Positions 59,693-64,000 of a stretch of DNA of 64,000 nt are shown in pieces. The position numbers were made by a program, and so were the translations under genes. The stretch is taken from NCBI GenBank assembly GCA_903885665.1, contig CAISJL010000157.1, positions 15,002-79,001 on the forward strand, in the 5' to 3' direction. Below the pieces are notes generated by a model. It saw nothing but the letters and a program-made list of their open reading frames with translations. It was not told the DNA's origin and ran no database searches. This DNA comes from an uncultured beta proteobacterium. Lineage in GTDB: Bacteria; Pseudomonadota; Gammaproteobacteria; Burkholderiales; SG8-41. Position 1 is the first letter of the stretch. Each line of letters starts with the position of its first letter.

Positions 59693-61303
59693 ATGACTAC
59701 ACAACAGGTCTATGACCCGGTTGCACCATGCCTCACCGCGACAGCGGCTCCCCATCGGTTCTTGGAGCAACTCAGTGGTAAGGTGGTTGGATTTCTAGAT
59801 AATGCAAAACCAAACTTCAATCATTTAGTCGATGATCTAGCAGAGATATTAGTGCGTGATTATCAGGTGGCGCGGGTTGTAAAGCGACGTAAACGCAGTG
59901 CATCGCAAGGCGCACCCGAGGCGATGTTGCAAGAGCTTGCAGATCAGTGTGATGCCGTCATTACGGGCTCGGGTGACTGAGGCTCCTGCACATCGTGGAG
60001 TGTCCACGATACTGTAGAGTTAGTGAAACGGGGTTTGGTTGCAATGACTGTGTGTTCAGAGCAGTTCATTGGGTTAGGTCGGGCACAACAAAAAGCCTTG
60101 GGTTTTCCGGGACTGGCGATTGCTGTCGTGCCACATCCCTTTGGCACTCAAGCGCGGGAGGCTTTGACAGAGATTGCACGCGATTGTGCTGCGCAAATTG
60201 CCCAGCATTTATGTGATATTGGTAGTGATGAACCCGTAGCTGCTGCGAGTGCAGTAGCGGCGGTGCCGCGCGCCTTGTTAGTAGAAGCACCATTAGCGCT
60301 CGGTGCTCTGAATCAATTCTATATTGAACGGCGCTGGGGTGATGGCTTGCCGATTGTGCCACCGACTGTTGCTGCAGTTGACGAGATGTTGCAACACACC
60401 ACGTTGGCGCGCGATACAGTAGTGGCCACGATTGCGCCTGGTTTTGGTGTGGCCACTGTGGAATATATAGCGATTAATGCGGTGATGGCGGGTTGCTTGC
60501 CACAGTATTTACCCGTGCTGATTGCTGCGGCACGAGCAGTCGCGACCACTACATTTCATTTGCAAGCGATTCAAGCTACCACCAATCCGGCGGCTGTATG
60601 GTTAGTGGTGAATGGTCCGATCGCCAAGACGCTCGGTGTGAATGCCGGCAGCAACTGTTTGGGTCAGGGCGTATGGGCGAATGCAACGCTAGGGCGTGCA
60701 TTGCGTTTAATGTTGCAAAATATTGGGCGTGCACTACCCGGTGAGATGGACCGCTCAACCCAAGGTCAGCCCGGCAAATACTTATTTTGCTGCGCCGAGA
60801 ATGAAGCAGCGAGCCCGTGGGAGCCCTTGCATGTGGAGCGTGGGTTTGCAGCGACTGAGAGCACCGTTACTGTGGTGGGGGCGCTGGGTACTTGGAGTAT
60901 GAATATGACCGCCTCTGCTGCTGAGGATGTGCTATTCATGATTGCCGAGACCATGCAATATCCCGCCAGCAGTGATTATGTGTTTGGCGGCCATCCGTTT
61001 ATTTTGCTCTCGCCGCAGCATGCAAAGATTTTCGCTGCAGCTGGTTGGAGTAAAGCGGAGTTTAAACAACGCTTGTGGGCTGCGTCTAAAATGCCTGCAG
61101 GACGCTCGCGTGGTAGTGAGTTTGAACGCACCGTGACAGCCCGCCAAGCAGAGCTGGGTCAGATTGGTCCGGAGACTTTGCTACCGATCACCGTAGTGCC
61201 CGAAGATATTGGTGTGATTGTGGCGGGCGGCACTGGATCACATTCGGTATTTGTGCCGGTGTCTGCACACACGCAAGCGGTGACTTGTGCTATTACAGCG
61301 TGA
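59693..61303 (+). CDS. putative selenoprotein: UGSC-motif domain fused to a C-terminal domain of unknown function (TGA 59978-59980 read as Sec)
   Basis: ORFs 59633-59980 and 60023-61303 are in the same frame (an offset of 390 nt), and the TGA is the only stop between them. The read-through gives ...CDAVITGSGD-U-GSCTSWSVHDTVELVKRGLVAMTV.... A SECIS-like hairpin follows the TGA. AGGAAGGA lies upstream of ATG 59693. Confidence 0.65.
59986..60017 (+). promoter_or_regulatory. SECIS-like recoding hairpin
   Basis: The upper stem AUCGUGG (59992-59998) / CCACGAU (60004-60010) closes a loop AGUGU. The lower stem CUGCA (59986-59990) / UGUAG (60013-60017) is separated from it by a small internal loop. 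The hairpin begins 6 nt after the UGA. Confidence 0.55.
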
Positions 61304-61438
61304 TGCAGTAGCGCTGTTTGCGCAGGGGCCAAATGAAGTATAAGGGCTTAGTATAAATGTTTCCGTCGGGTGCTGATTTTAGTTACTAAGTTCAGTTGCT
61401 AAGTTCAGTTGATTAGGTCTGGAATTTAGTCCCGATAT

Positions 61439-62176
61439 TTAGTTCAGGCGCGGTGTACACGCGTTTAATGCACTGCGCCTGAAACTAAAGAGCTGACCGC
61501 GCGAGTCAGGCATGCCGATCGAGTTGTGCATGAGCAGGGGTTGAGCATGGCGACTAAAGCCTTGGGCAATCATGAGTCTACTAAACGCCGCGCTATAGCC
61601 GCGTCCTGGGTCGGCGATGAGCACTTCTGCTTGGGTCTGGGCATGGCTGGCGATGCAGTGCGCGAGCATCACTGCGTGATCACGTTCGTAGAGCAAGTCG
61701 CTACCAATAATTAAATCATAGCAAGCGGCATGGGGGTTGTTTGCCGCCCAGCTGGCTTGTAAAAAATGTATGGGTGTGAGGTCGTTGAGTGCGGTGTTCT
61801 GGCGTAGAAACTCTTCAGCCAATGGGTGTTGATCGCTGGCGGTAATGTTGGCGTGGCGTTGCGCGAGTATCAAGCTACTCAAACCAATACCACAACCGAG
61901 CTCTAAGATACGTTTGCCGGCAATCGGATAGGTGCTCATGGTGGTGGCGAGGGCGAGGCCTGCGGGCCATACCACGCCAAACAAAGGCCATGAGGCGGGC
62001 GAGACACCGGCTCGGGCCGCTGTGCCTTCTGGGTCAGCATACTGCTGACAATTGCTGAGACTGCGAATGTGTAAGTCGTGATTGCCGATATGGTAATCAA
62101 TGGTGTGGACGGCATAGCCAGGCACAGGCGTCTTTCGAGTCAAGAGCGTGGCGCTAATCCAGTCGGATCTGCGCAA
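61439..62176 (-). CDS. class I SAM-dependent methyltransferase (Methyltransf_16 / protein-lysine-MTase-like)
   Basis: 245-aa ORF with motif I, ILELGCGIGLSSLILA, and the post-I/II motifs ITASD and LIIGSDLLY. The start is uncertain (TTG at 62176, with no nearby ATG). Confidence 0.72.
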   Translation of the reverse strand: MRRSDWISATLLTRKTPVPGYAVHTIDYHIGNHDLHIRSLSNCQQYADPEGTAARAGVSPASWPLFGVVWPAGLALATTMSTYPIAGKRILELGCGIGLSSLILAQRHANITASDQHPLAEEFLRQNTALNDLTPIHFLQASWAANNPHAACYDLIIGSDLLYERDHAVMLAHCIASHAQTQAEVLIADPGRGYSAAFSRLMIAQGFSRHAQPLLMHNSIGMPDSRGQLFSFRRSALNACTPRLN

Positions 62177-62393
62177 AGCACAATTGGCGTGTGGCCTGGT
62201 GCTTATGCGATCGCTGGAGTCTAGCCCAGTTTGTGTGGACTAGGGGATTTTTACAGCGCGACAATGACTGTCCTGTCGTACACTGGGAGCGAGTGAATCG
62301 GCATCGGGTTGGTGATAGACGGTAGTCAGAAAGATTACGCAGTCTTGCTGGTCACGGATGCTAGTGAGTGTTGTTATTCAGCGTTGTTTTTAA

Positions 62394-62445
62394 GTAAGGT
62401 GATTCAGTAAGGTGATTCAGAAAAGTGATACAGAAAAATGATTCA
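62394..62445. repeat. 13-nt tandem array (GTAAGGTGATTCA x2 plus 2 degenerate copies)
   Basis: The copies lie at 62394-62406, 62407-62419, 62420-62432 and 62433-62445. Confidence 0.85.
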
Positions 62446-62512
62446 GTCATGTCATTCAATAAAGGCTAGTCAGCGACGCATGATGAGGCGACTTGTGAAT
62501 ATAAAATTAATT

Positions 62513-63505
62513 ATGCTTAAAAATCAAATAGTTAGTGTATTTTTCCAGCTAGGGGTAGCTCGTATTGCTCGTAGTTTCGCCTTAGCGTTGCTGTTCGCAT
62601 GTGCAGTTTATGCCCAGACTTTTCCGAATCGCCCACTAAAGATTATTTCGCCTTACTCGCCCGGTGGCTTAGGTGACACTGTGCCGCGTGGTGTGGCAAT
62701 GGGTCTTGCCGATGCCTTAGGCCAGCCGGTAATTGTGGAGAATCGACCAGGGGCCTCGCAAGTCATTGGGATGCAGGCGGCGGCAAAGTCAGCACCGGAT
62801 GGGTATACCCTGGTGTTTGGTAGCGTGACCAGCTTGGCGATTAATCCAGCAGTGACTAAAGATTTACCTTATGACCCGGTGAAAGATTTTGCCCCGGTGT
62901 CCTTGTGCATGACCACACCATTATTTTTAGTGATTCATCCCTCGGTACCGGTAAAGACTGTGCGTGATTTGATTGCGCTCGCCAAACTACAACCGGGGCG
63001 CTTAAGTTTTGCTTCTGGGGGTAACGGTTCATCGAATCATTTGGCCGGTGAGTTATTCAAATTATTGGCGGGGGTCGATTTATTACATGTGCCCTATAAG
63101 GGTGCTGGCCCAGCGATGGTCGATGTGATGGCCGGCCATGTGGATTTGATGTTGGGTGGGGCAGGGTTAGCCGAGGCGCGTGCCGGTCGGGTGAAAGTGT
63201 TGGCGGTAAGTTCGGCCCAACGCTCCTCAGTGGCGCCTGAGTTACCAACCTTGCAAGAAGCAGGTGTGCCGGGTTATGAGGCGACGATTTGGTTTGGTCT
63301 GTTAGCACCTGCAGCAACGCCGGCAACGATTGTGACGCGACTATCGCAAGAGATTGGTCGGGTATTGAATCAAAAAACGATGCGCGAGCGATTTAACACG
63401 GTTGATCTCACCCCTACCAGTCCCGAAGGGTTTGCCGATTTAATTCGCCGCGAAATTCCAAAATGGCGCAAAGTGGTAACTACCGCCAAAATTCCAGCAC
63501 TGTGA
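62513..63505 (+). CDS. Bug/TctC family periplasmic solute-binding protein
   Basis: Contains FPNRPLKIISPYSPGGLGDT and HVPYKGAGP. The start is set at ATG 62513 (MLKNQIVS...), because the upstream part of the ORF runs through a repeat array. Confidence 0.88.
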   Translation: MLKNQIVSVFFQLGVARIARSFALALLFACAVYAQTFPNRPLKIISPYSPGGLGDTVPRGVAMGLADALGQPVIVENRPGASQVIGMQAAAKSAPDGYTLVFGSVTSLAINPAVTKDLPYDPVKDFAPVSLCMTTPLFLVIHPSVPVKTVRDLIALAKLQPGRLSFASGGNGSSNHLAGELFKLLAGVDLLHVPYKGAGPAMVDVMAGHVDLMLGGAGLAEARAGRVKVLAVSSAQRSSVAPELPTLQEAGVPGYEATIWFGLLAPAATPATIVTRLSQEIGRVLNQKTMRERFNTVDLTPTSPEGFADLIRREIPKWRKVVTTAKIPAL

Positions 63506-63509
63506 GGCT

Positions 63510-64000
63510 ATGATGAAACCATTATCAATTGCAATTGTTGGCGCCGGTATTGGCGGTCTGGCAGTAGCTGCATTACTACGGCGCGATGGCCATCAGGTCG
63601 CGGTCTATGAGCAAGCCACTCAGTTTACGCGTGTGGGCTCGGGTATTCAGATGGCGCCCAATGCCATGAAGGTATTGCGCCATTTAGGTGTTGAACAGCA
63701 TCTGGTGGCTACAGCGTTTCAAGCCGAGCAAGCGATTAGTCGCAGCTGGGATAGTGGTGAGGTGACCAGCACCTTAACGTTGGGGGATACCGTCGCAGCG
63801 CAATTTGGCGCGCCGTATTTATTTTTACATCGTGCCGATTTGCATGAAGCGATTGCTCAATTAGTGCCGAGCTCAGTCATACATCTCAACCATAAGCTCA
63901 CCGTACTCGACCAATCTGCGCATGGGGTGAAGCTACACTTTGCTAATGGTCATGTGGTGGCAGCAGACATGGTGATTGGTGCTGATGGTGTGCACTCGCT
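63510..64000 (+). CDS. FAD-dependent aromatic-ring monooxygenase (salicylate-hydroxylase-like), N-terminal part; 3' end lies outside the window
   Basis: The sequence begins ATGATG at 63510, giving MMKPLSIAIVGAGIGGLAVAALLRRDGHQVAVYEQA...LHRADLH...VIGADGVHS. It remains open to the end of the window. Confidence 0.8.
   Translation, partial: MMKPLSIAIVGAGIGGLAVAALLRRDGHQVAVYEQATQFTRVGSGIQMAPNAMKVLRHLGVEQHLVATAFQAEQAISRSWDSGEVTSTLTLGDTVAAQFGAPYLFLHRADLHEAIAQLVPSSVIHLNHKLTVLDQSAHGVKLHFANGHVVAADMVIGADGVHS

Overview
The window looks like chromosomal DNA from a Burkholderiales-type betaproteobacterium. This is inferred from ten Bug/TctC paralogues and from the gene order rsmA-pdxA-surA-lptD / amgK-murU / pepP-ubiH / dusB-fis-purH-purD-hemF; no database search was possible. 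No rRNA gene, tRNA gene or CRISPR array was seen. The window has four zones. (1) 1-18.4 kb is an accessory organic-acid catabolic cluster. It holds two family III CoA-transferases, an FAD oxidoreductase, a beta-propeller lactonase, an alpha/beta hydrolase, an MmgE/PrpD protein, an amidohydrolase fragment and a cupin-like protein. Eight orphan Bug solute-binding genes are interleaved with these enzymes, and there is no regulator and no TctA/TctB. (2) 18.4-47.6 kb is core housekeeping: hemL, thiED, rubredoxin, gloA, the envelope cluster, purine and heme genes, the livFGMHK-type ABC transporter, cytochrome c, ilvD and lgt. (3) About 47.6-57.3 kb is a visibly AT-richer accessory island. It opens with a dead serine-recombinase stub and a decayed Fic gene. 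It also holds a frameshifted small membrane ORF, a stand-alone polyprenyl synthase, an 11-copy heptanucleotide repeat, and a dadA-like gene carrying one in-frame TAG behind a tandem glycine riboswitch. The rest of the island is a GT4 glycosyltransferase, an aminotransferase, an SDR and an orphan DNA methyltransferase. (4) 57.4-64 kb holds more Bug-linked modules. The most interesting call is at 59693-61303. Two ORFs called separately are in the same frame and are separated only by a TGA followed directly by GSC (a U-G-S-C motif). A SECIS-like hairpin starts 6 nt downstream of that TGA. This implies a UGSC-type selenoprotein fused to a roughly 350-aa domain of unknown function. Intergenic spacers throughout the window consist of imperfect short tandem duplications, and a 15-21 nt AT-rich motif (AATCAAATAGTTAGT) recurs in several of them.
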